From NCBI GenBank assembly GCA_000175855.1, contig ACYB01000006.1:1-32000 (forward strand): a DNA stretch of 32,000 bases, written 5' to 3'. The DNA is from Raphidiopsis brookii D9. Its GTDB lineage: Bacteria; Cyanobacteriota; Cyanobacteriia; Cyanobacteriales; Nostocaceae. Positions 18,737-28,271 of the stretch are shown piece after piece. Numbering within the stretch: the stretch's first letter is position 1; every line of letters begins with the position of its first letter. Under the pieces are notes generated by a model, which was not told the origin of the DNA, did not search any database, and worked only from the letters and a program-made list of their open reading frames with translations. The translations under genes were made by a program, and so were the position numbers.

Positions 18737-19430
18737 ATGAGTTTCGCAAATAACAAAAAAACAAACGAATATAAGGAATTAAAAGAAAAACCACATTGGC
18801 AAGGGACAACGGTCACACCAGCTACAAAAACTACCACCAGATCTAGGGATACTAAATCCCAGGAACCAGTTCAGGGAGCAGACATGAGTGATGATCTCAA
18901 TCGTGGTAGGGTGGCTATTTTTATCGACGGTCTCAATCTATTTCATGCTGCTCTTCAAATAGGCATTGAAATCGACTATGTTAAATTATTGTGTCGTTTA
19001 ACTCAAACCTCTAGACTATTAAGAGCTTTTTTTTATACTGGAGTTGATACTAGTAAGGAGAAACAACAGGGGTTTTTGTTGTGGATGCGTCGTAATGGTT
19101 ATCGAGTGGTAACCAAGGATATAATTGCACTTACGGAAAATGGTAAAAAACCCAAATCTCAATGTGGAAATTGCTGTGGATATGATTACCTTAGCTCCTT
19201 ATTATGATACTGCTGTACTAGTCAGCGGGGATGGGGATCTAGCCTACGCTGTTAATGCTGTCACCAGTTTAGGATCGCGGGTAGAAGTTATAGGTCTGCA
19301 AACTATGACTAGCGATAGTCTCATTGATGTGGCAGATTATTTTATTGATTTTGATAGCATTAAACAATACATTCAGAAAGACTCCCAATTTGGCTACAAT
19401 TATCGTTCTTCGCCGACTTCTCATCTTTGA
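18737..19430 (+). pseudogene. NYN-domain (LabA/DUF88-like) protein split by a frameshift near 19143-19155
   Basis: ORF 18737..19207 carries 'GRVAIFIDGLNLFHAAL...'; ORF 19125..19430 continues with 'PNLNVEIAVDMITLAPYYDTAVLVSGDGDLAYAVNAVTSLGSRVEVIG'. Joined at GGTAAAAAACCCAAATCTC they give one coherent protein (GKK/PNLNVEIAVDM). Confidence 0.85.
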
Positions 19431-19647
19431 CGGGGAGGGCTATTGACTGGGTCCAAATATAGTGTATGATCTTATGGAAAGATTTATATGTTCGCGACTT
19501 TAGTAAACTGGGCATGGTTTTTAGTCACCAAGTGCATGAAACCCATAGCCATAGTCGCCTGCAGCGTAGGCAAACCAGAATGCCCACCTGGACTTTTATC
19601 CATTAAAGCTGTTTATTGTTTATAACATTCTGGCTCAGACTATATAA

Positions 19648-19986
19648 GTGCAATACATGAGGACTGTGATACACAACTTAACCAATCAATTACAGTTAAC
19701 ATTAGTAATTACCTACACACTAATGGGTAGCTATTTTTTTGCCAACTGGTTTACATTCTCTCACCGTCACCCTGCATCAACCCCGGAAGAGAAGTTCTTA
19801 TCACTAATTATATCCTTAGTGACCACTGTTTTCTGGCCTCTGATTATTCCCATATCCTGTGTAAAAATTCTCAAAACCCGTCAACTGCGATCGGATACGG
19901 TTATTCCTCTACTTTTAGTACTGTTGGGTTTAACGGTCTCTTATATAAGTTGTCAGTTGTTGAAACTGGTATATTTACCAAGTTAA
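19648..19986 (+). CDS. Hypothetical membrane protein with about 3 TM segments
   Basis: 112 aa ORF, hydrophobic segments 'LVITYTLMGSYFFANW', 'FLSLIISLVTTVFWPLIIPI', 'VIPLLLVLLGLTVSYISCQLL'. Confidence 0.55.
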   Translation: MQYMRTVIHNLTNQLQLTLVITYTLMGSYFFANWFTFSHRHPASTPEEKFLSLIISLVTTVFWPLIIPISCVKILKTRQLRSDTVIPLLLVLLGLTVSYISCQLLKLVYLPS

Positions 19987-20026
19987 CGCCGGATGGGAAG
20001 ATGGAGGTAACAAGAGATTTTGTACT

Positions 20027-20060
20027 AAACTACTCCACGAACAAATCCGTAGAGTAGTTT
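20027..20060. terminator. Strong hairpin between the convergent 19648..19986 (+) and 20067..21302 (-) genes
   Basis: Perfect 9-bp stem AAACTACTC/GAGTAGTTT with extra inner ACG/CGT pairing; no strong T tract. Confidence 0.55.
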
Positions 20061-20066
20061 ATTGAT

Positions 20067-21302
20067 CTACTGCATGCCAGTGGGAAAAATTCCCGGTTTG
20101 ACCGCAATATTGATGGTTTGTCCATTACGACGCAAGTCCAGACGTAAATTTCCTCCCACTTGGGCCAATTCTACAGCTTTCTGTACAGCAGAGCTGTCGG
20201 TGATCACTTCACCATTTAGCCTAACAATAACATCTCCAATGCGTATTCCAGCTTTCGCTGCAGGTGAATTGGGAATAACCCTAATGATTAATACTCCCTG
20301 ATTTTCACTCACAGTCAACCCGCTATTAGGATCGGAATTGATTCTTTGTCTTAAATCTGGGGTGATGGAAACCATCTGAATTCCTAAATAGGGATGTTGA
20401 GCTTTACCTGTGGTTATTATTTGATTAGAAATACGTTGTGCCGTGTTAATGGGAATTGAAAATCCTAATCCTTGTGCACCCTGAATAATGGCCGTGTTTA
20501 TACCAATTACTTCTCCTCGGGCGTTTAGCAACGGACCACCTGAATTGCCTGGATTAATTGCAGCGTCAGTTTGAATAAATTCGACCCGCTTATCGGGAAC
20601 CCCCACTTGATTACTGGATCTACCAGTGGCACTAATAATACCTGTTGTTACTGTGTTATCTAGTCCTAAAGGATTGCCAATGGCGATCGCCCATTGTCCT
20701 GGTTGTAACTGTTCCGAGTTACCTAGGATGACTGTTGGTAGATTTTTAGCCTCGATTTTCACCACCGCCACATCCGTGAGTTGGTCTGCTCCCAGTACTC
20801 TACCTTCAAAGGTTCTTCCATCTTTGAGGGTGACAGTTACCCTATCTGCACCCTCTACCACATGAGCATTAGTGAGAATACGACCATCATCGCTAATAAT
20901 AAAACCCGAACCAGCTCCCCTTTCTACCCTATTTTCCCTCCGTGGTATCCTAGGACCAAAAAAGCGTCGTAGATCCTCAAATTCATCTGGTGCTTGAGTT
21001 CTTACGGTGCGGGAAGAGTTAATTCTCACTACTGAGGGGCCAACCTTGCGAACCACCTCAGTCACAAAATTACCGTCTTCATTTCCCGGTAGTGGTGCAG
21101 CATGAACGCTCTCCACACCAAGTTTGGATCCACTCTTGGTCAAAGCTTCCTGATTATTTGTTAGATAACCACCTGTCACAGTAATCCCTGAACCTAATAA
21201 TATTAGGGATAGGGAGGTCAACCCTTGTTTCCAATATTTCCAGGGTGAATTATTGCTGTTTATAGTTAAAGTATTATCTGCTGGTTGTTTTCCCTTAGAC
21301 AT
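20067..21302 (-). CDS. HtrA/Deg-type trypsin-like serine protease with PDZ domain (HhoA/HhoB/HtrA family)
   Basis: Catalytic triad motifs 'TNAHVVEG', 'LTDVAVVKI', 'NPGNSGGPLL'; PDZ 'GVLIIRVIPNSPAAKAGIRIGDVIVRLNG'; N-terminal TM/signal. Confidence 0.95.
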   Translation of the reverse strand: MSKGKQPADNTLTINSNNSPWKYWKQGLTSLSLILLGSGITVTGGYLTNNQEALTKSGSKLGVESVHAAPLPGNEDGNFVTEVVRKVGPSVVRINSSRTVRTQAPDEFEDLRRFFGPRIPRRENRVERGAGSGFIISDDGRILTNAHVVEGADRVTVTLKDGRTFEGRVLGADQLTDVAVVKIEAKNLPTVILGNSEQLQPGQWAIAIGNPLGLDNTVTTGIISATGRSSNQVGVPDKRVEFIQTDAAINPGNSGGPLLNARGEVIGINTAIIQGAQGLGFSIPINTAQRISNQIITTGKAQHPYLGIQMVSITPDLRQRINSDPNSGLTVSENQGVLIIRVIPNSPAAKAGIRIGDVIVRLNGEVITDSSAVQKAVELAQVGGNLRLDLRRNGQTINIAVKPGIFPTGMQ

Positions 21303-21475
21303 TTTCCGATCTCAAAAAATATAGGCCGTTACTACTAATGTAGATATTTTTGGCTGGATTTTGTTCCCATATCCAGCTGACATCAACTAGAGAATGTAAA
21401 TTTTTGATAAATTTTGAGAAAATCTGTTAAGATAGTAGGCATCTTAGATTTATAGTAACTTTACCTAGGGGGTTT

Positions 21476-22735
21476 TTGAAAAGACTAATTCTGTTGGTTT
21501 TAGCAGTAGCCACCGTTGGTGGAGGAGTTGCAACCTATACTTTTAATCATTCTACTAAGGCCAGTAGTGCTAGTACCGGGGAAGTGGAGGAAACTTTGCC
21601 TGCTCCCACTTTGGTGACAGCATTGGGGAGATTAGAACCGGAAACACCAGTGATTAAATTGTCTGCACCCCTAGCACTAGATGGGGACAGGGTGGAAAAA
21701 ATCCTCCTTCAAGAGGGTGATGTGGTCAAAGCAGGTCAGATAATTGCCATATTAGATTCCCGGAATAAATTGCAAAGTGCGGTCGAAAGAGCACAAAAAC
21801 AAGTGAATGTTGCTCAAGCTAAATTAGAGCAAATTAAATCAGGTGCTAAACCAGGAGAGATTCAATCACAAAAAGCGAATGTAGAAAAGTTAAAGGCAGA
21901 GTATGAAGGCAACAAGAATGCTTACATACAAACTATTGCTAGGATAGAAGCCCAATGGCAAGGTGATAGAACTGCTCAGGAGGCAAATATTCGACAATTG
22001 GCTGCGGAACTGAAAAATGCTAAGTCGGAATATCAACGTTATCAACAGTTATATTCTCAAGGAGCAGTTTCTAATTCTTTAATTGACAGTAAACGGTTAA
22101 ATGTGGAGACCAGCGAACAAAAACTAACCGAAGCTAGGGCTATTTTGAAACGGATTAATACCACCGCTAGTAAACAAATGGCGGAAGCTAGGGTAGAACT
22201 GAAGAGAATTAGTAACACTGGTACGAAACAAATTAGGGCAGCTGAAGAAACACTAAATAGTATTGCCGAGGTTCGTGCTGTAGATGTGAATTTAGCTAGA
22301 ACAGAACTTGAAAGTGCCATTTCAGTTCTTGACAGTGCTAAGACTGATCTGGAATCAGCTTTTATTCGCGCTCCTATGAGTGGTAGAATTCTGAAAATTC
22401 ATACTCGTGTGGGTGAGAAAATTACCGCATCAGGTATTGCGGATTTTGCCCAAACGGAAAAAATGTCAGTGGTAGCAGAAGTTTACCAAACTGATATCAA
22501 TCGAGTCAAGATTGGGCAAAAGGCCAAGATTATGAGTCCTACATTATCAGAAAAATTAGAAGGTAATGTAATTCAAATTGGTTTACAAGTCAATCGTCAA
22601 AATGTGTTTAGTAACCAACCTGGTGAAAATCTAGACAGTCGAGTGGTTGAGGTGAAAATTCGCCTCACTCCCCAGGATAGCAAAAAGGTTGCTGGACTAA
22701 CTAACTTACAAGTGCAAACAGCAATTGAATTGTAA
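21476..22735 (+). CDS. devB: DevB-like periplasmic adaptor (membrane fusion) protein of an ABC exporter
   Basis: N-terminal TM, 'LVTALGRLEPETPVIKLSAPLALDGDRVEKILLQEGDVVKAGQIIAILDS', coiled-coil region, 'AFIRAPMSGRILKIHTRVGE'; followed by devC and devA. Confidence 0.85.
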   Translation: MKRLILLVLAVATVGGGVATYTFNHSTKASSASTGEVEETLPAPTLVTALGRLEPETPVIKLSAPLALDGDRVEKILLQEGDVVKAGQIIAILDSRNKLQSAVERAQKQVNVAQAKLEQIKSGAKPGEIQSQKANVEKLKAEYEGNKNAYIQTIARIEAQWQGDRTAQEANIRQLAAELKNAKSEYQRYQQLYSQGAVSNSLIDSKRLNVETSEQKLTEARAILKRINTTASKQMAEARVELKRISNTGTKQIRAAEETLNSIAEVRAVDVNLARTELESAISVLDSAKTDLESAFIRAPMSGRILKIHTRVGEKITASGIADFAQTEKMSVVAEVYQTDINRVKIGQKAKIMSPTLSEKLEGNVIQIGLQVNRQNVFSNQPGENLDSRVVEVKIRLTPQDSKKVAGLTNLQVQTAIEL

Positions 22736-22809
22736 TTTTTTCTACCTAAATTCATTTAGGAATAAACTTTACTAAAATAAAATCTCTTATTTAAGTATGT
22801 GTAAGGTCC

Positions 22810-23991
22810 ATGATATCAAAACTTTTTCTTAAAACCCCTTTAGCGTGGCGACAGCTGATGAAAGAAAGAACCCGATTGGCAGTAGCTGTAGCGGGTATTA
22901 CTTTTGCTGATATGCTGATCTTTATCCAGATGGGATTTGAAAGTGCTTTATTTGATGCAGCAATTCAACCCCACCGCAAATTGCTGGGAGATTTAGTGTT
23001 AATTAATCCTCAATTTAATAGCTTGTTTTCCACGAAAAGTTTTTCTAGAGATAAACTATATCAAGCACTAAGTTATGATGGGGTAGCATCGGTTAATTCT
23101 ATTTACATTGGTACGGCACAATGGCGTAATCCTCAAACGCGGATTGATCGACCAATTTTGGTTTGGGGAGTTGATCCCTATCAACCCGGATTGAGATTTC
23201 CCGAAGTAGAAAAAAATAAAGATTCTCTCAAATCACTCAATCATATTATGTTTGACCAAGCTGGTCGTCCCGAATATGGTGAGGTTGGTAAAATTTTTCA
23301 AAAAACCGGTAACTTTCAAACGGAACTGAATAATAATTTGGTCAGCGTTAGGGGTTTATTTAGTAATGGTGCTTCCTTTGCAGCTGATGGCAATGTGGTG
23401 GCTAGTGACTCCACATTTTTACGATTATTCCCCCAACGCAAACCCGATCAAATTGAAGTGGGACTAATTAATTTAAAACCCGGTACAGATATCCAAAAGT
23501 TAAAGGCACAACTGAAAATTGGGTTGAACCCTGATCCTAGTAAACCATTTGTGGAAGTGGGCACAACAGAGGATTTTGCCCAAAAAGAAAAGAATTATTG
23601 GGCTACTAGCACGGGGATTGGGTTCATTTTTGGTTTGGGTGTAGCGGTGGGTTTTATTGTTGGTATTGTCATTGTCTATCAGATTCTTTATTCAGACGTT
23701 TCTGACCATCTTCCTGAATATGCTACCCTCAAGGCTATGGGTTACACTGATTGGTATCTTTTAGGAGTTTTGATTCAGGAATCTTTATTTTTGGCTGTTC
23801 TGGGTTATTTGCCTTCACTATTCCTCTCTTTGGGATTATATCAATTAACTTTTGTTGCTACCATGTTACCCATTACTATGAAAGCTGAACGGGCAATTAA
23901 TGTTTTTATTTTAACGGTAATTATGTGTAGTATTTCCGGAGCGATCGCCCTAGGGAAACTTCGTTCTGCTGACCCGGCTGATATTTTTTAG
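22810..23991 (+). CDS. devC: DevC-like ABC exporter permease
   Basis: 'TPLAWRQLMKERTRLAVAVAGITFADMLIFIQMGFESALFDAAI' and FtsX-like C-terminal membrane region; position between devB and devA. Confidence 0.9.
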   Translation: MISKLFLKTPLAWRQLMKERTRLAVAVAGITFADMLIFIQMGFESALFDAAIQPHRKLLGDLVLINPQFNSLFSTKSFSRDKLYQALSYDGVASVNSIYIGTAQWRNPQTRIDRPILVWGVDPYQPGLRFPEVEKNKDSLKSLNHIMFDQAGRPEYGEVGKIFQKTGNFQTELNNNLVSVRGLFSNGASFAADGNVVASDSTFLRLFPQRKPDQIEVGLINLKPGTDIQKLKAQLKIGLNPDPSKPFVEVGTTEDFAQKEKNYWATSTGIGFIFGLGVAVGFIVGIVIVYQILYSDVSDHLPEYATLKAMGYTDWYLLGVLIQESLFLAVLGYLPSLFLSLGLYQLTFVATMLPITMKAERAINVFILTVIMCSISGAIALGKLRSADPADIF

Positions 23992-24016
23992 ATATTTTTG
24001 AAATAAGGAGAATGTT

Positions 24017-24721
24017 ATGTTAGGAATTAGCTATGATGCAAAAATAGCAACTCAGATGGTAATTGAAGTTTCTCAACTCAATCATTATTTTGGTGAAGGT
24101 GCTTTAAAAAAACAGGTTCTATTTGATATTAATTTACAGATTAAATCTGGAGAAATTGTAATTATGACAGGTCCTTCTGGTTCAGGTAAAACCACTCTCT
24201 TATCTTTAATGGGTGGTTTACGTTCTGCACAAGAAGGTAGCTTACAGATACTCAACCAACAGGTTTGTGGTGTTAGTAAGAGAGTCTTAACCAAAATGCG
24301 AAGACAAATAGGCTATATTTTTCAGGCTCATAATTTAATGAGCTTTTTAACTGCAAAAGAGAATGTAAAAATGTCCTTAGAACTGCACCCTGAGTATTTA
24401 AATCAAGATATTAATACTAAAGCTATAGCAATGTTAGAGCAAGTTGGACTAGGCGATCGAGTTAACTACTATCCAGAAAGTTTATCAGGAGGACAAAAGC
24501 AAAGAGTTGCGATCGCTCGTGCATTAGTCAGTCATCCCAAAATAGTACTAGCGGACGAACCAACTGCTTCCCTAGATAAACAATCAGGAAGGGATGTGGT
24601 GGAGCTAATGCAAAAGTTGGCTAAAGAACAGGGTTGCACGATTTTACTAGTTACCCATGACAATCGGATTTTAGATATAGCAGATCGAATCATTTATATG
24701 GAAGATGGTCAACTGCGTTGA
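24017..24721 (+). CDS. devA: DevA-like ABC exporter ATPase
   Basis: Walker A 'GPSGSGKTTLL', signature 'LSGGQKQRVAIARAL', Walker B 'KIVLADEPTASLD'. Confidence 0.92.
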   Translation: MLGISYDAKIATQMVIEVSQLNHYFGEGALKKQVLFDINLQIKSGEIVIMTGPSGSGKTTLLSLMGGLRSAQEGSLQILNQQVCGVSKRVLTKMRRQIGYIFQAHNLMSFLTAKENVKMSLELHPEYLNQDINTKAIAMLEQVGLGDRVNYYPESLSGGQKQRVAIARALVSHPKIVLADEPTASLDKQSGRDVVELMQKLAKEQGCTILLVTHDNRILDIADRIIYMEDGQLR

Positions 24722-24818
24722 TCAGGAAATAAAGTATAGATCCATTACCAACAAACTGTTGTACCATATATAGTGTATGGCTTAAAAAAATTTAGTCAAT
24801 AAATTAGGGGAGATACTT

Positions 24819-25025
24819 ATGAAAATTTGGATCAATGAGCAGATCGATCCCTCAGGGATGATTCATGCTTGTATAGCTTGTTATGATGAAGACCAGGCTA
24901 AAGAATGTCATAATTCCTTTAGTCATGGCTTAACGGAAGGACAAAAAGCTGCTGGTTGGATAGCAAAGTTACGCACGGTAGAAACCTGGGACGAAGTACC
25001 AGTTAATGCTTTAAAGCTGAATTAG
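24819..25025 (+). CDS. Small hypothetical protein, 68 aa
   Basis: ORF MKIWINEQIDPSGMIHACIACYDEDQAKECHNSFSHGLTEGQKAAGW..., preceded by GGGGAG ribosome-binding-like sequence. Confidence 0.6.
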   Translation: MKIWINEQIDPSGMIHACIACYDEDQAKECHNSFSHGLTEGQKAAGWIAKLRTVETWDEVPVNALKLN

Positions 25026-25147
25026 GTGTGGAGTAGATATAGTTTTGCCTGAACTTGATGATGATTATGGGAAGGTTGATTTTTGAGCAGTCTTCAGAGT
25101 TATGATCATAGACAATTAAAAAACAAACTTGCAAAAACCGATTAAAT

Positions 25148-25708
25148 GTGGTCAACTCTCTGAGTGTTCGCACTTCCGATCCCAGCTATCCTATTAATTT
25201 GGTTGGCAAAACAGGACAAGCTGTGTACATTTCCATTCATAACCCCAGTCAATATATCTGTGCCAACTGCGAACAGATATTGCCAGATTGGAAACAACAA
25301 CAATTCTTATGGGTGATAGTTGTATTACAACAATCAAAATATCCGCTGGTAGAAATGACTGGGGAAATAGAAACAGAAAAAGAAAAACTACGGGAAAAGT
25401 TTATCAGGTTTGGTTGTGATGTGACTTTTAATTTACGAGATCAAGGTTATACTACCGATTTAATTGATCCCCGCACGGGTTATCCCCTACTTTCCCATCC
25501 GGGTCTGATTCCCCATGATGACACTGCAGTTGCTAAAGCATTGCTAAATTATCCCGTAATTAAAAATAAATGCTGTGTCTTGGTTCATCCCCAGTGGGGT
25601 ACCGCCGTTTATCCCAGTGTTTTACTTTCTAGTGCGCCACCAGAAGTAATCCTATCGGTCATTAAATCTATTGCTCCCTTACATGGTTGGATGGAACCTG
25701 ATAATTAA
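25148..25708 (+). CDS. CblD/MMADHC-like protein ('methylmalonic aciduria and homocystinuria type D' family)
   Basis: 'GEIETEKEKLREKFIRFGCDVTFNLRDQGYTTDLIDPRTGYPLL...CCVLVHPQWGTAVY' resembles the recalled C-terminal MMADHC pattern (EIEREVLLEKFI...LRxxGYxxDFIDPxxG...GCCKVIRHSLWGT). GTG start. Confidence 0.7.
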   Translation: MVNSLSVRTSDPSYPINLVGKTGQAVYISIHNPSQYICANCEQILPDWKQQQFLWVIVVLQQSKYPLVEMTGEIETEKEKLREKFIRFGCDVTFNLRDQGYTTDLIDPRTGYPLLSHPGLIPHDDTAVAKALLNYPVIKNKCCVLVHPQWGTAVYPSVLLSSAPPEVILSVIKSIAPLHGWMEPDN

Positions 25709-25724
25709 CTACCTGTGAACAACC

Positions 25725-26785
25725 CTAAATATGTTTTGGACGTCTTAACTGTCGGGAATTAATCGGAGCCAAAACTTTATTTAAACCCCGCAATTGTTCC
25801 GCTGTACCCATACAAATCAGGGTATCTCCAGATATTAATATTGTATCCCCCGTCGGTCCCCCAATCAAATTTCCATCACTCCGCCGAATTGCTAATACTA
25901 AAGCACCAGTTTGCGATCGCAATTTTGCCTTTTGTAGAGTCTGTCCTAGGAATGGACAATCACCATCCAGTAAAAATTCTTCCATGTATAACTGTCTGTC
26001 CGTCCCCGAAAGTATACCATCAACAAAATCTAGTACCTGGGGTCTTAACGCCGCTGCTGCCATCCTTTTACCTCCAGTAATATATGGTGAAATTACTGTG
26101 TCAGCTCCCCCACGTTGTAGTTTTTGTAATGACTCTTCCGTACTCGCTCGGGCGATCGCCCTGATTTGAGGGTTGAGGGTTTTTGCCGATAATACAGTAT
26201 ATAAATTTTCAGCATCAGAGGGCAAGGCCGCGACAATGCAAACAGCACGTTGTATACCTACCTTCGACAGGGTGTCATCCAAGGTAGCATCACCTTGATA
26301 GACTATATAACCCTGGGACTCCGCCTGTTGTACGGATTCAATTTTAGAATCAATCACTACAAAAGACACGGACTCGGACTGAAATTCTTTAGCAATTTGT
26401 TTACCGGTGCGACTAAAACCACAGATAATGTAGTGATCTATTAATGATTCCATTAAACGCCTTTGTTGTCGAACTTTAATGCCTTGTTGAAAATAACCTC
26501 CAATTATTGCCTCCGTAAACCTATTAACTATGTAACCAATATTAATTACACCCATTAATATCAAGGCAATAGTAAATAAACGCCCGTGACTACCTAGAGG
26601 ATGGGTTTCCCCATATCCCACAGTAGCCAGGGTAATTACGGTCATATAAGCAGCATCCTCCCATGACCACCCTTCCACTAAACAATACCAACAAGTACCA
26701 ATAAAAACACCACAACCAGAGCCAAAGCACCAGCCATTAGCTCCTGCTGAATCCGTTTATATTTATCTTCCAGGGTGGAGTACAC
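25725..26785 (-). CDS. Single-pore K+ channel with cytosolic TrkA-N/TrkA-C (RCK) domains; 5' end disrupted by a frameshift near 26715
   Basis: Selectivity filter 'VITLATVGYGE', NAD-binding 'YIICGFSRTGKQIAKEF', C-terminal TrkA-C. Upstream reading 26785.. gives VYSTLEDKYKRIQQELMAGALALVVVFLL, then the frame shifts at a T5 run into VFIGTCWYCLVEGWSWEDAAYM. The ORF-track start at 26678 lacks TM1. Confidence 0.82.
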
Positions 26786-26929
26786 AGTTAATCAGAAATT
26801 AAAGAGTGAAATGTCAGAAAACCTAAAAATTTAAAAGTTTATGAAACTTTTATCAACCCTTTACAATAATATATAAGATAACGGATAATTTCGAAATATT
26901 CCGGAAAAACTGGCAAATCAAATAGAGTA

Positions 26930-28249
26930 TTGACAATTAAAAAATTTATTGGAGGTGCGGTAGTGAGTATCCAAAGTTTAGTTGAACAGCCGATGATCCG
27001 CCCAAGTCTGTCTGATGCGAATGTGTTTAGTGTGGATAATTTTAACCAAGTGGTGATGTCCACCTACGGACGTTTTTCCATTGCCCTGGAACGAGGTGCT
27101 GGTTGTAGAGTTTGGGATACCCAGGGCAAGGAATATCTTGACTTTGTTGCTGGTATAGCTACTTGTACTTTAGGACACGCTCACCCAGCTATGGTAGAAG
27201 CAGTAACATACCAGATTCAAAAGCTACACCATGTTTCCAACCTCTACTATATTCCAGAACAGGGGGAATTGGCCAAATGGATAGTAGATCATTCCTGTGC
27301 TGACCGAGTATTTTTCTGCAATTCCGGAGCGGAAGCGAATGAAGCAGCGATTAAACTTGCCCGGAAATATGCTCACAAAGTTCTAGACATTGCCCACCCC
27401 ATTATTTTAACTGCTCATGCTAGTTTTCATGGTCGAACCCTAGCTACGGTCACAGCTACCGGACAACCCAAATATCAGAAAAACTTTGATCCCCTAGTTC
27501 CTGGGTTCCATTATATTAAATACAATGATATCAAGGAAGTAGAAGCAGCAGTTAGTGAGTTAGATGAAGGCAATTATCGCGTTTGCGCAATTCTCATTGA
27601 GACCTTACAAGGAGAGGGAGGAGTTCGTCCTGGCGATAAGGAGTATTTCCAACGCTTACGAGAAATTTGTGATGAAACCGGCATTTTATTAATTTTCGAT
27701 GAAGTCCAAGTAGGGATGGGACGCAGCGGTAAATTATGGGGTTACGAACATTTAGGTGTGGAACCAGATATTTTCACCAGTGCCAAGGGGTTAGGTGGAG
27801 GTATTCCCATTGGGGCCATGATGAGCAAGAAGTTCTGTGATATTTTTGAACCCGGGGAACATGCGAGCACATTTGGTGGCAATCCTTTTGCTTGTGGTGT
27901 AGCTTTGACAGTTTGCCAGACCTTGGAAAGGGAAAATGTTTTAGAGAATGTTCAGGAGCAAGGAGCCCATTTACGGGAAGGACTAAAAATGATTGCTCGC
28001 AAATATCCTCGCCATATTTCCCAGGTACGCGGTTGGGGACTAATTAATGGTATGGAAATTAAGGAAGATAGTCCCTTAACCGCATCGGATGTGGTCAGAG
28101 CTGCTATGGAGGAAGGGTTGTTACTAGTACCAGCTGGTCCCAAGGTAGTTCGGTTTGTACCTCCCTTAATTGTTACAGATACTGATATCAATCAGGCATT
28201 ACAGTGTGTAGAAAGGGCTATGGCGAGAATTAGCGATAGACTGATGTGA
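26930..28249 (+). CDS. argD: Acetylornithine/N-succinyldiaminopimelate aminotransferase
   Basis: 'VWDTQGKEYLDFVAGIATCTLGHAHP', 'FFCNSGAEANEAAIKLARKY', 'LLIFDEVQVGMGRSGKLWGYEHLGVEPDIFTSAKGLGGG'. A GTG at 26963 after GGAGG, or an ATG further in, may be the true start. Confidence 0.93.
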   Translation: MTIKKFIGGAVVSIQSLVEQPMIRPSLSDANVFSVDNFNQVVMSTYGRFSIALERGAGCRVWDTQGKEYLDFVAGIATCTLGHAHPAMVEAVTYQIQKLHHVSNLYYIPEQGELAKWIVDHSCADRVFFCNSGAEANEAAIKLARKYAHKVLDIAHPIILTAHASFHGRTLATVTATGQPKYQKNFDPLVPGFHYIKYNDIKEVEAAVSELDEGNYRVCAILIETLQGEGGVRPGDKEYFQRLREICDETGILLIFDEVQVGMGRSGKLWGYEHLGVEPDIFTSAKGLGGGIPIGAMMSKKFCDIFEPGEHASTFGGNPFACGVALTVCQTLERENVLENVQEQGAHLREGLKMIARKYPRHISQVRGWGLINGMEIKEDSPLTASDVVRAAMEEGLLLVPAGPKVVRFVPPLIVTDTDINQALQCVERAMARISDRLM

Positions 28250-28271
28250 GCGTGAGTGGGGCACGTACCAT

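Noticed and set aside
19140-19160. Programmed ribosomal frameshift in the LabA-like gene at GGTAAAAAACCCA
   Set aside because: The A-rich run looks like a -1 slippery site, but the required shift is +1 and no stimulatory structure is evident; an indel is simpler.
20062-20972. Plus-strand ORFs opposite the HtrA protease (20062..20301, 20626..20865, 20781..20972)
   Set aside because: Antisense to catalytic and PDZ motifs of the protease; no own evidence.
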